Part shown: positions 48,600 through 61,524 of the stretch, piece by piece
Position numbering within the stretch: the stretch's first letter is position 1
Layout: each line of letters begins with the position of its first letter
NCBI GenBank assembly: GCA_964188305.1
Contig: OZ076898.1
From: Podarcis bocagei
Lineage: Eukaryota
DNA: 64,000 nt
Reading direction: 5' to 3' (one strand)
Made by a program: the position numbers and the translations under genes
The notes under the pieces: generated by a model
Database searches by the model: none
Told to the model about the DNA's origin: nothing
What the model saw: the letters and a program-made list of their open reading frames with translations, nothing else

Positions 48600-48763
48600 N
48601 NNNNNNNNNNNNNNNNNNNNNNNNNNNNNNNNNNNNNNNNNNNNNNNNNNNNNNNNNNNNNNNNNNNNNNNNNNNNNNNNNNNNNNNNNNNNNNNNNNNN
48701 NNNNNNNNNNNNNNNNNNNNNNNNNNNNNNNNNNNNNNNNNNNNNNNNNNNNNNNNNNNNNNN
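48600..48763. other. Assembly gap
   Basis: Run of N. Confidence 1.
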
Positions 48764-51700
48764 CTGTTTTTGTAGAACTTCATTAGCGACGATGACTTGC
48801 TGAGGAAATTATCTTTCTCTCTCTCTGTCTCTCTCCTTCCTCTATCCCAGTCTCACTTCCTTTCATTCTTAAAAAAAGAATGAAAGAAACACTCAACCAC
48901 AACTGAGATTTTTATTTCCATAATAAAAAAGAACAACAACAGCCCATACTTCACACAGACAGACAGAAAAAAAAGAAACAAACAAAACCTCTGCTGAATT
49001 TTCACAATTGCCACATTGGTTCAGATCAGTAGTTTATTCTGCACAATTTCCTATCCCCTGATGGTGTGGTATTTTAGTTACCCAAAGGAAATTCACAAGA
49101 AGGGCATGGTGGTAATTTCCAGGACCTTGTGTTGGTGTTCTGCACCTGGTAATTCAGGAATGGGGAACCTATGGTCCTCCAAATGCTGTTGAACTATAAT
49201 TTCCATCACCCCTGAGCATTAGTCATGCTGCTTGGGATTTGGAGATCCATAGGTTCCCTATTCCTGAATGTCATTGTGCTGTCATTGTGGCATTCTAGCC
49301 ATCACTGCGCCTTGATTGGCTGCTTTGGTACACGGAATATACAGGGATGTTGTTGGTGGCTGCCCACTTTTCAATCACCTGACAACACAGGATGCCCAGT
49401 AGGGATCCCGGCCCAGCTATAGCTGCAAACAGTGCCAAATGCAAACAGGCACACTTGCAAAGATGCAATCTACTTTCAGTAGACATTGGATTCTCTTGGG
49501 AGCTCCTGAGTAGATCCAACCTCAGCAGCATGGCTTACATTTGATGCCAAATTTAAACAGCACCAAATGCAAGCTGTATTTGGAAAGGATCAGTTGCAAG
49601 TGAAAGCTCCCCATTGTTTCTTTGTGGCTGCGGATTACCTGATCCTGACATCAGGTGATTGACAGGGGTGTGTGGCCAGTGGGAAATACCATCTCACGTC
49701 AAATTAGGAGACCTGGGAAGTATAATTTGTTCCATGGCCAGCGATCCCCAACCCATGGTTTAGACTGTTGGAGGGAAATATCAAAAAAGAGCCCTGTGGA
49801 CCTTAAGAACTTGGACATTTATTATTAAATAAATTTCTATGCCATACAGTCTTCTGGTGTTTGCTTGTAGTCTGTCTTTAGCAAATAGGGGTTTATATCT
49901 GGACTCCATTCCTCTTTGAGGAATTGTATGCACTGAGCAGGTTGCCCAGTACAATGTAGAGGTGGGTTAGGGTTAGGGTTAGATTATGGTTTTAACAGAT
50001 GCTTGGGCAATAGGCTGAACTTGTGGAATACAAGTTTAAAAAGTGGCATGATTGCCGCACCAATACGATATTTAAATGCAATGCATGCTTGTTTTGCAGT
50101 CTTAAACTGGTCTTTTTCTGATACCTTACACAGGAACAGTCCTTTGTGATACAGACACACACATATTATGGGTGGGCAAGAGTGAAGGGAGTCAGGTTGG
50201 AGGGCATATTGAGTCTGTTTTTCAGCCTTAGTGTGGAAGCCGGACCAGTGAGCAGTTTGCTGGCAGCACCTTCCTGAGTTAAAACATGAATGGATTCTTT
50301 CCTGAAAGCTTCCATCCATCAAAAGCTTTTAGGGGCACTGTGCAACTGGGAAAGCCTGGCATTTAATTATGATATTAATGTTTCAACTGCAATCCTTCAA
50401 GTTGTCGGCCTTGGATTCCACTCTTTCAGCCTGCAGCCAAAGCCCTGACTGAGGCAACTTAAAACTTGCACCCCTGCATTGTACACGACAACCTGCTCAG
50501 TGTATAGTTTAGCAAAGAAGAAGAATCTTACCTCCTTATCCTTCATTGTGGGAGGATCCTAGCACACATACTTTGTATGCAGAAGGTTCCAGGTAAAATC
50601 CCTGGAAGTCTTTGCATAAAAAGCATATCCAGGTAGAAAAGATCAGGTAGCAGATGAAAGAGTCTCTGTCTTAACTCCTGGAGGGCTGTTCTCTGCCAGA
50701 GTGGGCAGCTGCCTTCTACAGATGCTGGCAATTGAATCTGGAAACCTTCTGCATGCAAAACATGCACCCCGCCATTGAGCATTGTCTCTTCCCAGAACAG
50801 CATACAATGACTACGTTGGTGGATGCATACCCTAAGTAGGAATGGTTCACACATAGACTACACCCATGGCTTGGTGTCTGGTGGCTTGGATTGCTCATCG
50901 CTTGATGCCTTGCAGCTGATTGTAGCAATAGAAATGATTGAAAAGTACTGTATTTATGGCAACATGGAAGTTCTGGCTATAGTGTATATTATTTGTTGGT
51001 GCATTCACCTATGCAAACTGTTGCTTCTTGTGTTGCAGTCTTTGAGTGATGACTTCTCATGTGTGAACCAGCCCATTGCTCATAAATATCACTATTATCA
51101 AGTTATGCATCACTAGGGCTCATTTGAATCAGGGTTCTTCAACACTTAGCCTGGAGCTTGGCCTCTGGCTTTTCTCAAAATTGCAGTCTTTAGTCCAGAA
51201 ATTTTAGCTCTCACCTCAGGTGTTTGGTGGCCATTTGTGGTGGTTCACAGTGCTAAGGCAAAGGTACTTGGTACATGTGCTAGGCTAGGCATTTCTTACT
51301 ATGCATCACATCCAATAGCTGAGCCCTTTTGCATGAAAAAGAGTTTCTCGAGCTGGAAGTCCAGCTGAAATTAAGTCCTGCATACTTCTTCTGGGAAGAC
51401 AGGTTGGACTAGAAAACTCTTGGATAATTTTCCAAGTTCTTTTTTGTGTCACACTTCCTTTTCTTTACCTTCTTTGATTTCAAAACAATGCAGAGAATAC
51501 ATGGAGGCAGCTGAGGAGATGTTTCTGGTGAAATTTGGCTCTGTTTGGGGCCAGGGACTTAGACCCAGCAAACTGCCCTGAACCCATTAAGAAAGCTCTG
51601 CTAATGCAGTTTGCACAGCAGCCTGAGATGAAAAGAAGAGTGGAGTTTCCAGTAAAGCAGAGAGAAGGCGAGACAGAAGAATCTCCTTGGGGGAATGTCT

Positions 51701-52280
51701 GGGGTTCACTCAGCTAAACAGCTTTGCTGAGCAATTTGAGCTGTTGGCAAGGGAGGGCCAAATGCTCACTAACCTTGTTCAAGGAGACAAGGAATTTGAT
51801 GGGCAGTTTTCTAACATGTTAAGGATTCTAAAACTTAAACCTGGAACCTCATAACCTGACGTAACCTAGTGATCTCTTTGATACTATCTGTGCAACTTGG
51901 ACCCTGCTGCTGGTTGTATGAAGCCTCTGGATTCTCCAAGTTTTTCCATTATGTTTTACAATCATGGGAAATTCAAGTGCCTTTTCTTGAGACTCTCTTG
52001 TGAAAATGACCAAAGTGTAAAAAATAAAAGATGCAGTAAACACTACCTTTGAAGGTCTATGTGTGCTCAGATCTTGGACCCTCTTCAGGCAAAGAAAACA
52101 GAAGGGATGTTCACCATGGGCCCAGCAATTGGTAGTTAGTCTAAGGGCTACAGCCTTTTGCCCTTGCTTGGTTGACAGAACACTCTGCCTGCTGTTCTTC
52201 TGTGTTGGATAACTGTCCTCAGGGGCCCTGGAAGGGAGAATTCCAGTACTGAATTTGGGTCTGGCTGTTCAAGACCCCGA

Positions 52281-52890
52281 AGTCATTGACTGGCTGGATG
52301 CAGAGGAGTGGTCAGAGGCACCAGCTGGCAAATCCCCAGGAGAACCCCCCAGGAAAGAAGGCTCAGAGCCAGGGGATTGGTGGTGGGGCAATGATGAGTG
52401 GTCAGAGGGAGAAGTAGGAGCAGAGTGGGAGGAGGAGGCATTGGAAGCTGAAGAGGCAACAGGGTTTAGTGAGCAGGAAGAGGCGGTGGCAGAGAGTGGT
52501 TCAGACTCAGAGGCAAGAGAGGAGGTGGGGCCAGGAGACAAAGATGGGGCAGGCTGTGTAAGAATCCAGGCAGTTTTCCCCTCCTGCTGTGACCAGCTCT
52601 TCTCACCGTGGTCTCCCAGAACACAGAGAAAAATTAAGAGGGCGGAGCAAAGAGAGGCAAGATGGCAGAGCTTTAGGCTTCTAGAGAAGGAACCAGGGTA
52701 GGAGCCTTAGAGAGCGGTGGGAAGGCAGGGACCTTTAGTCCTCAGAACTGCCTCATTGGGGCAAAACCTACTGAGAAGAGTTGCTGTGTTCATTAGGCAT
52801 GTGCTGTTTTGGTTTCTTTGAATAAAGAGTTAACTTCACTGACACTGTTATTTTTTATTGCTGACCTGCTCGTGACTCTGGCTCCTGATA
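52281..52890 (+). mobile_element. Old solo LTR (Gypsy-type, 610 bp)
   Basis: Degenerate ends aGTCA...TGAtA; TSD CCCGA / CCCAA; purine-rich U3; AATAAA near 52821. Confidence 0.72.
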
Positions 52891-53981
52891 CCCAACCTAG
52901 CCCTGCAGGTTTCCCATAACCAGGCCTAGGACCAATAGCTGGCATCTTTGGGAGCTGCTAATGGCACACTCCCAATGCAGCCATTGGTCTAGGCCCATTT
53001 CCCATCAATCTTTCAATAAAGACTGCATCTGCCATTATATTTGCTCATAGCATTCTGAACTGACACTACATCACTCCAGAGCATTGTGGGCAATTACAGT
53101 GGCATACTTCAGGGTACATTAGAGAAGAGCCAATAAACATGGAAACAGATAGGTAGGGATGAACCAGAAGATCCACCGGGGGGGGGCACCAGAGAACCCC
53201 CTCAAACCAAGAGCCAGTTCTTGCCCACAAGAAGCTTTTAGAGGCTGCTGCTCAATTCTCAACCATGTGAATCCATCTAACATATTGTTTGTTCTCTTCC
53301 TCCCTGTTTTGCTGTTTATTGCTTTGGTCGTTTTCACAAACAACATTTGGATTTTTGTAGTGTCTGTAAATCAAATGGTAAAGCCACAAGGGTTGGTCAT
53401 ATGTGGATTCATTTTGACATGGTTCTGGCTGGGGCTGATGGGAGTTGAAGTTCAAAACATATAGAGGGCACCAGGTTGAGGAAAGCTGTGTTAAAAGAAT
53501 TGCTTAATAGTTCTGATGAAGTTCTCATCTATACTTAGTCAGTTGCCTAGATGGGAGGCCTCCCAGAAACCCCTCTATGTACTGCCAAGGGCTCCTTAGC
53601 AGATGATCATGATGCAGACCTAGCAAATACATGAACAATATTGAGAAACTCAAAAGAAGAATGCAACGGGAAGTTCTCTTGCATAAGCTCCATTGAAATG
53701 TGTGTGAGATTTGCTGAATTTTCTGCTAGATTGTAGCCCCCTTCTGGTCTCCCTTACATTGAAAGTGTACTTATTGTACATATTATCCTTCAGGTTTCAC
53801 CCTAAACACATGTGCTATTTCTAGAGACCTGCTATGCTCTAAATAGTGTCCTCATGGCTGCAAGGTGGTACTGTGGCTTGCCCATAGCACACAGTTCAAA
53901 GCTGGAGGAAGGAGTTCTTGATATATTTAGAAACTGCAGAGAAGCAGTTGGTGTTTGGTGGTGTTGTTTTAAAACAAACTA

Positions 53982-54574
53982 CAGTCATACCTCGGGACAT
54001 GGGTGGCGCTGTGGGTTAAACCACAGAGCCTAGGACTTGCCAATCAGAAGGTCGGCGGTTCAAATCCTTGTGACGGGGTGAGCTCCCGTTGCTCGGTCCC
54101 AGCTCCTGCCCACCTACCAGTTTGAAAGCATGTCAAAGTGCAAGTAGATAAATAGGTACCGCTCCGGTGGGGAGGTAAACGGCGTTTCCGTCTGCTGCTC
54201 TGGTTCACCAGAAGTGGCTTTGTCATGCTGGCCACATGACCTGAAAGCTGTCTGCAGACAAACGCCGGCTCCCTCGGCCTATAGAGTGAGATGAGCGCAC
54301 AACCCCAGAGTCGGTCACGACTGGACCTTTACTTTTACCTTTACAGTCATACCTCAGGTTGAAGTAGCTTCGGGATAAGTATTTTCGGGTTGTGTGCTGC
54401 GGCAACCCGGAGCGCATTACTTCCGGGTTTCGCCGCTCGGACATGTGCAGATGGTCAAAATAACGTCATGCGCAGAAGCGGCGAATTGCCACCCACGCAG
54501 ACGCGGGTTGCGTTCGCTTCTGGATGCGAACGTGGCTCCGGAACGGATCCTGTTCGCATCCAGAGGTACCACTG
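53982..54574. mobile_element. Tigger/pogo-like MITE
   Basis: TA + CAGTCATACCTC ... GAGGTACCACTG + TA. Confidence 0.75.
53994..54341 (+). mobile_element. Sauria SINE inserted in a MITE terminus
   Basis: 14-bp TSD TACAGTCATACCTC at 53980-53993 and 54342-54355. Confidence 0.88.
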
Positions 54575-57429
54575 TATTTTTTGTATTGTAGTCGCTCAGT
54601 GTGCTGATTGTAGATATGGGTGCTCCTGAAGAACAATCATGTGAGGTCCGAAACATTCTCTAAATGGTGTCCCTTGGCTTAGATCTCCCAGAGTGAGCTT
54701 GAATGTAATATGCATGGCCTTTGCCATTTTAGAGGTGATTCCTGCTGCCTCTGCCACAAGTAGGAAAAGGTCTGCCAGGTTCAAGAGATGGTTGAGGGCT
54801 GGCAGCAGCACTCTTTTAGTTTGGTCAGCATGAAGCCTGAAAAAACTGGCCTAACCCTTCCACTGTTCAGCGAAGGATGAGCAACCCTGTGTTTTCCATT
54901 TACTCTCTTTATCACATCATAGCATTGCCTGGAAGGATATTAATCGAGCTTTGATTGTTCAATTATTGTTAGGGTTTTTCCTCTACTTTTCTCTGTGTGT
55001 GCATTTTTTTAAAAGTCATTGTAATAAGTTAACATTTACGGTTCTCCTTCACAGATCCAGAGAGCAGGCAAGGGGTGGGGGTGGGGGTGGGTGGGAAAGG
55101 CACTCTCAATAATTTATTTTAAAATCAATGCTAATGAGGTTGTGTCTCGTCATTGGCCTGAGTTTTACAATCAAGCCTGATTTATTTAGAAAAGATCTTT
55201 GGTGCCACTTTCCCATCTAACGGTGGGGGTGGAACAGGGCAGGGAGAGCTGTTTCTGTGACCCTCCAACTTCAGATCCAATTCTAAATTCACAGAGGGAT
55301 GAACTGACCAGGTTTGCATTGATTTGAATGGAGAGTAAGAGACAGCTGTGCCCCAGACAAAGTGGTGGTAGGGAGAAGCTTGGCTTCCAGAAAGTGCAGC
55401 ATGGCAGGTTGTCCGGCACACTTTGCACTAATTCTATGATATTGGCAAAAGATCTGTTTCTGAGTCTGACCAGCTTTGCATCTGATCTTCTGTCAGCTAT
55501 CTTGTTTTGTTTACTGAGAACTAGAGCTCTGTGCCCCAGAGGCGCTAGATTTTATACTACAACCAGAATTGTCTTCCGGGTTTAAATTTCCTTATGTTAA
55601 ACAAACAAATAAACGAGAACCAGAATTCGGCCTCCCAAGTGTTTCAGTTTTCATTTTTAGAAGCAGGCTTCCAGGCCTTGAGACTTCAAACACAGGCTGG
55701 TAACATTTTGATGGGACTGAATGGAGCTGCTCTTGGTCTTAAGTGGCTCATGAAAGTGATACCTTAATGTTGGGCATCCCACAAGTGGAATAATGTTTGT
55801 GCACAGTAACATACATACCTTCAGTTACTGCTGGGGAAGAACCAGTTCTTTATGCCAACACAGCTTTTATCTTGTGAATACAGATGTCTGTTTGCTAAGT
55901 GATAAAATACCAGCTTGTCTTCCCATGTGATGGGGAATTTTTTTTGCCACACATCTGCACTTGATCAGCAATCTTGGAAAGAGGCAGCCTGATAATTCTG
56001 CTTACTGTCCTTGGTGGGATGATACAGACAACCAGCTTACCAAGTGGTTAAATTCATCCTGTGTTAAGTTATCACTTGGCAAATGATAACTATCTGTATT
56101 TGGCCTCTGTTTTCCTGTTAGTCTCTTAACCCATACTGCCTTCTGGAATGCATTCCCCCCTTGTGCTAAGTCCGTCCTTCCGCATCCACACGCATACAGC
56201 CCTCCTCCCTTTTCCTCTTCCCATGGCCTCCATCATCTCCTGACAGTGTGTTTCATTCATTGTCTTCTCTTTAGTGAGACCGGAGATACTTGTCAAAGCT
56301 AAGGAAGCTTTCCCGCTTGTGTTATGCTTATAAAGTGCCATGTAAATTTATGACGCTATAACAAGTGATTGCTATTACTGCCTTAAATAACAATTGATAG
56401 GTTTATGGGGCATATTTTAAAATACTACCTCCCTCTGCTAGCAGGTGATAACCCATTTTCCTGTTCTATATGTTAAGCTTTCGCATGTAGGTTGTTGTTC
56501 CCGAACAGCATAGGGATGAGTGCCGATTCTAACGTTGCTGTACTGACATGTTGCCACTGAAATTTTCTTCTGTATGGTCAGGGTTCCACGTGGCTGTGGA
56601 AACATCTGAAATGGCTTGCCCAAACTGCCTGATAAGTAGCCAGGTGGTCATTGATCAGGAAGTATGGCACTTAAATGGGTTCTTAACCATGCCAAGCCAA
56701 GTACAAATGCAGACAATGTCACGGTCAAATGGGGAACTCGACTATGCAGAAGTGAGTTTTGGCAGTAGTGACACCTGAATTAGACCATTGGATTGCTTCA
56801 CTCTTAACATTTGTATGTAGTGTTGGCATTAATATAATGTATGTTAATATGTGGCTTTGGTAGGAGAGAGGTAGGAGAGCTGTTTTCTCCAAAACTTGCT
56901 TTAGGGCAGAAGATACTTGTGATTTCCAATGCAGTGAAGCTACGCTCAAACTACCACCACCACACCTAAGATGTTACTTCTGTTATAGCTGTAAGCCAGC
57001 CAAGGTTAGAATCAGTTTAGTGAGATAGTTGAAAAGAGATCAGAAGAGGCTTTTCAGGGGTTTGCATTATTTCAAAACCACACATAACCTGTTTGACCAG
57101 GGATAACTGTGGGGCAAAATAAATGGGTTCACACACCATGAGAAGTGAACTTTCTTAGAGAGTATTGTCTGTCATAGTCTCTAATAAGCTCATAGCAGAA
57201 GAACGATTTGAACCAAGGACTCATCCTTTTCACAAGTCAGTCTATTAACCATTGCCCTGCTTTAACTCTATGAAGTCATCACAGATGACTTTTTAGCATG
57301 TAAATAAGCAGCCAGTGGGCTGTGGTAGTAAACAGGAAGGATGCATATCCCATGCCGGCTTTAGGGCCACTTCAAATGTTGCAAAATACTTAAAACAGGA
57401 AAACAAGCCTGCAACTGGTATATTCTGTA

Positions 57430-57671
57430 CAGTGGTACCTCGGGTTACATACGCTTCAGGTTATATACGCTTCAGGTTACAGACTCCGCTAACCCAGAAA
57501 TAGTGCTTCAGGTTAAGAACTTTGCTTCAGGATGAGAACAGAAATCGTGCTCTGGCGGCGCGGCGGCAGCAGGAGGCCCCATTAGCTAAAGTGGTGCTTC
57601 AGGTTAAGAACAGTTTCCGGTTAAGAACAGACCTCTGGAACGAATTAAGTACTTAACCCAAGGTACCACTG
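57430..57671 (+). mobile_element. Tigger-like MITE
   Basis: TA-flanked CAGTGGTACCT ... AGGTACCACTG. Confidence 0.85.
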
Positions 57672-59233
57672 TATAGTGATCTCACACTTGGGTTTATTGC
57701 TGCTTGTAGATAATGAACAAACATAGGGAGTATTGCTGACCACAGTGTCTCTTCAGTTGGAAAATACATTTATGTGTATTTGCTAGATGTTGCCATCTAC
57801 AGAGGGTGCGTGGTAATGCCTACATGAGAATTCTTCCCATATAAGAATTTTGCATTATAAAACATCTCTCAGAAGGCAGTGAGAGTTACCTAGTCATCTT
57901 TGTGAGGGCTAAACCAGACATGATGCAGGAGGTCTGTGGTGGACTGGGGGGGGGTACTAATTAGCAGCCTCACACTGTTGCTTTGAAGTTGAGGGAAGTA
58001 GAACTGCAGGAGGATTGGTTTAACCACATCCTCCCATCCCATTTCCCTGATTCAAATTCCTTTACGCTGAAACTGCTGTTAGCTCTGTAGAGCATGGAGG
58101 GAGGGAGACAGGTACCACTTTCTAAAAAGAGCAGCAAATAATTTTAGCCGCATGCCTGGAGCTGAGGCAAACCATTCAGTCTGGTAGCTGTACAAGTGTT
58201 GTTTGAATTGGGGGGGCAGGAATGGTTGAAAACTTTCGCAGCTGTTTCTAGGCTCCTCTGTGTGTACCATCATAGGCTTTCTAAGGTTGTATTTATGGGA
58301 TTGGTTATGATCTGAGCAGAATCCTCTTAGTCTCTTCAGGTTCCAGGTCTGAATATCTGTGCCTCATCACATAATGAGCATGTGGCTCTAAAGCCATAAT
58401 CAGGTTGTCTCTTGTCCCCTGAAGCTGTCCACATAAAATATCCTCTGCAGGCCCATCCCAAGACATTTTGCTGCCCAGAGGAAAGAACAGAGTTGTATCC
58501 ACTCCCATTCTGTGTACAGAAGCTGACAGACTTTGTGTCAATCGAATCTTCCCTTTACAATGGCAGTGAGAGAGCACCCTCTACTGTACCTGAGGGCAGC
58601 AGGCTAGTTTAGGGGATGTGGGGCAGGTCATGTGGCCCACACAATTCTGCCTTTCACCACTTTTCTGCCACTGCCCGCCTCATAGCATCATGTGACCTGA
58701 CTGCTTAATGGTAGGGCCAACCCTATATTCTGTTGCTGCCTTGTACCATCACTGCTATGGCAGCAGAGTTTTAAATATTTTATTTTATTTTATATTTTAT
58801 TGATAAAATGGAGTCTCTCTGCAAATGGATGGCAACATACTTAAGAAGTTCTTGAGGATAAAAAAAAGCATCAGTGATGGACGTTCTGATAGCAAATGAA
58901 AAGGTAAAGATCTAGTGCTAGGTAGAATTTTGCTATCCTAATCTTGCCCTTTTTTTGTAGAACTAGATGCCAAGGCAGAGTCATGGCACAAATTATGCAC
59001 TGGTGCTCTGGAGCACATAAGTCAGTTACCAAGTACTTTGTTCCATTGTTTTTTTAGAAACATCCCCCCCCCTCCACATGCAAATAGTGATGGGCAGTCA
59101 CAGATGTTTATATTTGTTTTGTGGTTATTTTTAAAGCTATCTTGGGTCTAAAATCCAGATTATAGTATAATTTTGCAAAATTAGTTTTCTGGCAGAAACT
59201 GCTAGATTTACTTCACTTTTTATCTCATTGTAG

Positions 59234-59296
59234 ATGATGAACTTGGTTTGTCCACTTCAGATGGCAGAGAAGATGCTGGAAGCATGGAGAAGACAG
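59234..59296 (+). CDS. SKAP1: Probable SKAP1 short exon before the SH3 domain (DDELGLSTSDGREDAGSMEKT)
   Basis: Strong T-rich tract plus tag; donor gtaaaa; 63 bp, phase 1-1; short acidic exon as expected at this position, but low sequence similarity. Confidence 0.65.
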
Positions 59297-61479
59297 GTAA
59301 AAGATAAAATATCAGTTTGGAACTGCTTTCAGATCAGCATGCATTACATCATCGTCATCATCACCACCATAATTGCAAGGTGTACACCAAAGAAACAAAA
59401 CCATATTTGGACACACATATATTACACAGGTCCACACACAAAATTTGGCTGCAGCTCCTTGTCAGTTGTATACTTGATGACAAACCTGGGTCTGCTGCCA
59501 CATTATATATAGAACAGCCCTGAGTCAGCCTTCTTTTACTTTCTTCCTTGCAGTAAGAACCACAGGCAACCCAAGCTGACAGTGCTTGACTGAAATTGCC
59601 ATAGATACAGTACAACTTTCAAACATGAATCATATTCAGTACTGATGGCCTTTGAGCTTGTTAATTTTCTAAGGGTTTGGGAGGCTACAATGTGTTACTC
59701 GGCTAGGCACTGTATCTTTTTCTCAAATCTAAAAAAAAGAGAAACATTTAGAGTGCCATTTCTTTCTAACAATTACTAGCCTTTGTTAGATTCAGGTAGG
59801 TAGCTGTGTAGGTCTGACGCAGTCGAAATAAAAAAATTAAAAAATGTCCAGTAGCACCTTAGAGACCAACTACATTTGTTAGTTAAAGTGTAAATTCTCT
59901 TCCCCTAACATCCTTAGTGTACACTTAGTATACACCCTTCCCCTAGCATCCTTAATAGTTCACCTATGTTTGGGGGCAACATATAGACATGCTGACATTT
60001 AATCAATCAATTAAAACCTGGATCATTAATTGTGTATGTGCGTGTCACACCACATGCATCAGTTGACACTCCTGTCTTGTAGCTCTGCTGGAATCCTTGC
60101 AGGAAAAGAATCTAAAGGAATCTCAGAGAAGGCAAATCCAGTGGGACACCTCCACGCCTTCCAGGGGAATGCAGTTGTGGGAATTGTACTCTTTATACTG
60201 ATCTTCATCAAGCAGTCCAAAATTTATGCTTCACCATCCCTACAAAGCAAAGCACATACCCTGATGGTGAGGAGGAAACACACCTTTCCCTGGCCATCAG
60301 TCCAAATTAAGCAAATTGAACAGATGTAGAATTTCTTAATCCCAAGATAGGAAATAGGCCTTTCATAGTGTAAAATTTAAATACAAAAGATGAAAGAGGA
60401 ATACGGCGCACCACTCCTCCATCCTTAAATCTATAGTGGGTTAAGATTGACAGATCAAGGATGTTTACTTCTATCAGGCTGCCTAATTTAGCATCCAGTT
60501 CTTGGCTGCTGTTTTCCCCCCAAGTGCAAATGCTTTGAATATTCCTACTTCCCTCACCCCTCCTTGTTCAGGAAACAGGTACCAAAAAGTCTTTGAGAAG
60601 GAGCCAGGCTCGTAAAACTTGGGCAACAGATGGGCGGAGGGGAAAGAGAATTGTCAGGAGTGAGGAAAGCAAAAGAGGAAAAGCTTATGGAAAAAACGAA
60701 GGAGGAGATGGATACAGACCCAGTAACAAAACAAAGGCAGGGTGAAAGGAGAGTCACAGTTACCAGCGCCAAGAGGAAAGGAGAGCAGGGAAGTTCTGTA
60801 GACTGGAAAGTTTGCCTTCTCAGTCATTACGCCCAGCCACCACAGGCTGCCTGCTCTTCCAGAGTGCTCAAGCACCTTCATTCCCACCCTTGCTTTTTCC
60901 TTGAGAATTGAAGCCATGCAGGATCTGCGCAGAAAACCTGTTTCCTGGATCAGTCCTGTCCCACCTACCCACCAGCCCACTTGCTTCTCTCTCTGTTGGA
61001 ATGTAAGGGCCCAGTTCAGGAAAGAAGCACTTAGGCAGAGCTGCTTTGAGCTTCCTGCAGTTCTGGGTGTTGTCTTTTTGTCTGCAGCGCAGGAAACAGC
61101 AGTGTTCTAGTAAACTGTATTTTGTCAAGGCCACTAAGATGGTATTCCCATTTCCAACATTTTAGAAGCATCTTAGAAGAAGCACTATTGCAGCACTTAT
61201 TTCCAAAGGAAATACTGGGGCTCACATCCCCCAGAAGCTATTAGAAGCTATGGCATGGGAGCAAGAAATTCTGACCCTTTAGCTGAGATGTGTGATGAAG
61301 ATTGGCTGTGGTTTCCTCCGTAAAAGAGCAGATTCACTCTTCACATGCTCAGTCGTGGATGCTCTGTATGATTGCTTTATATTTTTCATAGCTGAATGCT
61401 GGCACTGAAAACAGTTCTTGGAGCTCAGCTCTTCCTTAAAATAAAACCTGCACTATTGAATTCAGCTAAAAATGCTTGG

Positions 61480-61481
<2 letters not shown>

Positions 61482-61521
<40 letters not shown>
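61482..61521. repeat. (CA)n microsatellite
   Basis: Direct reading. Confidence 0.9.

Positions 61522-61524
<3 letters not shown>

Noticed and set aside
60630-60911. Lys/Glu-rich 93-aa ORF
   Set aside because: Purine-rich composition, no convincing splice sites and no similarity to the SKAP1 SH3 exons
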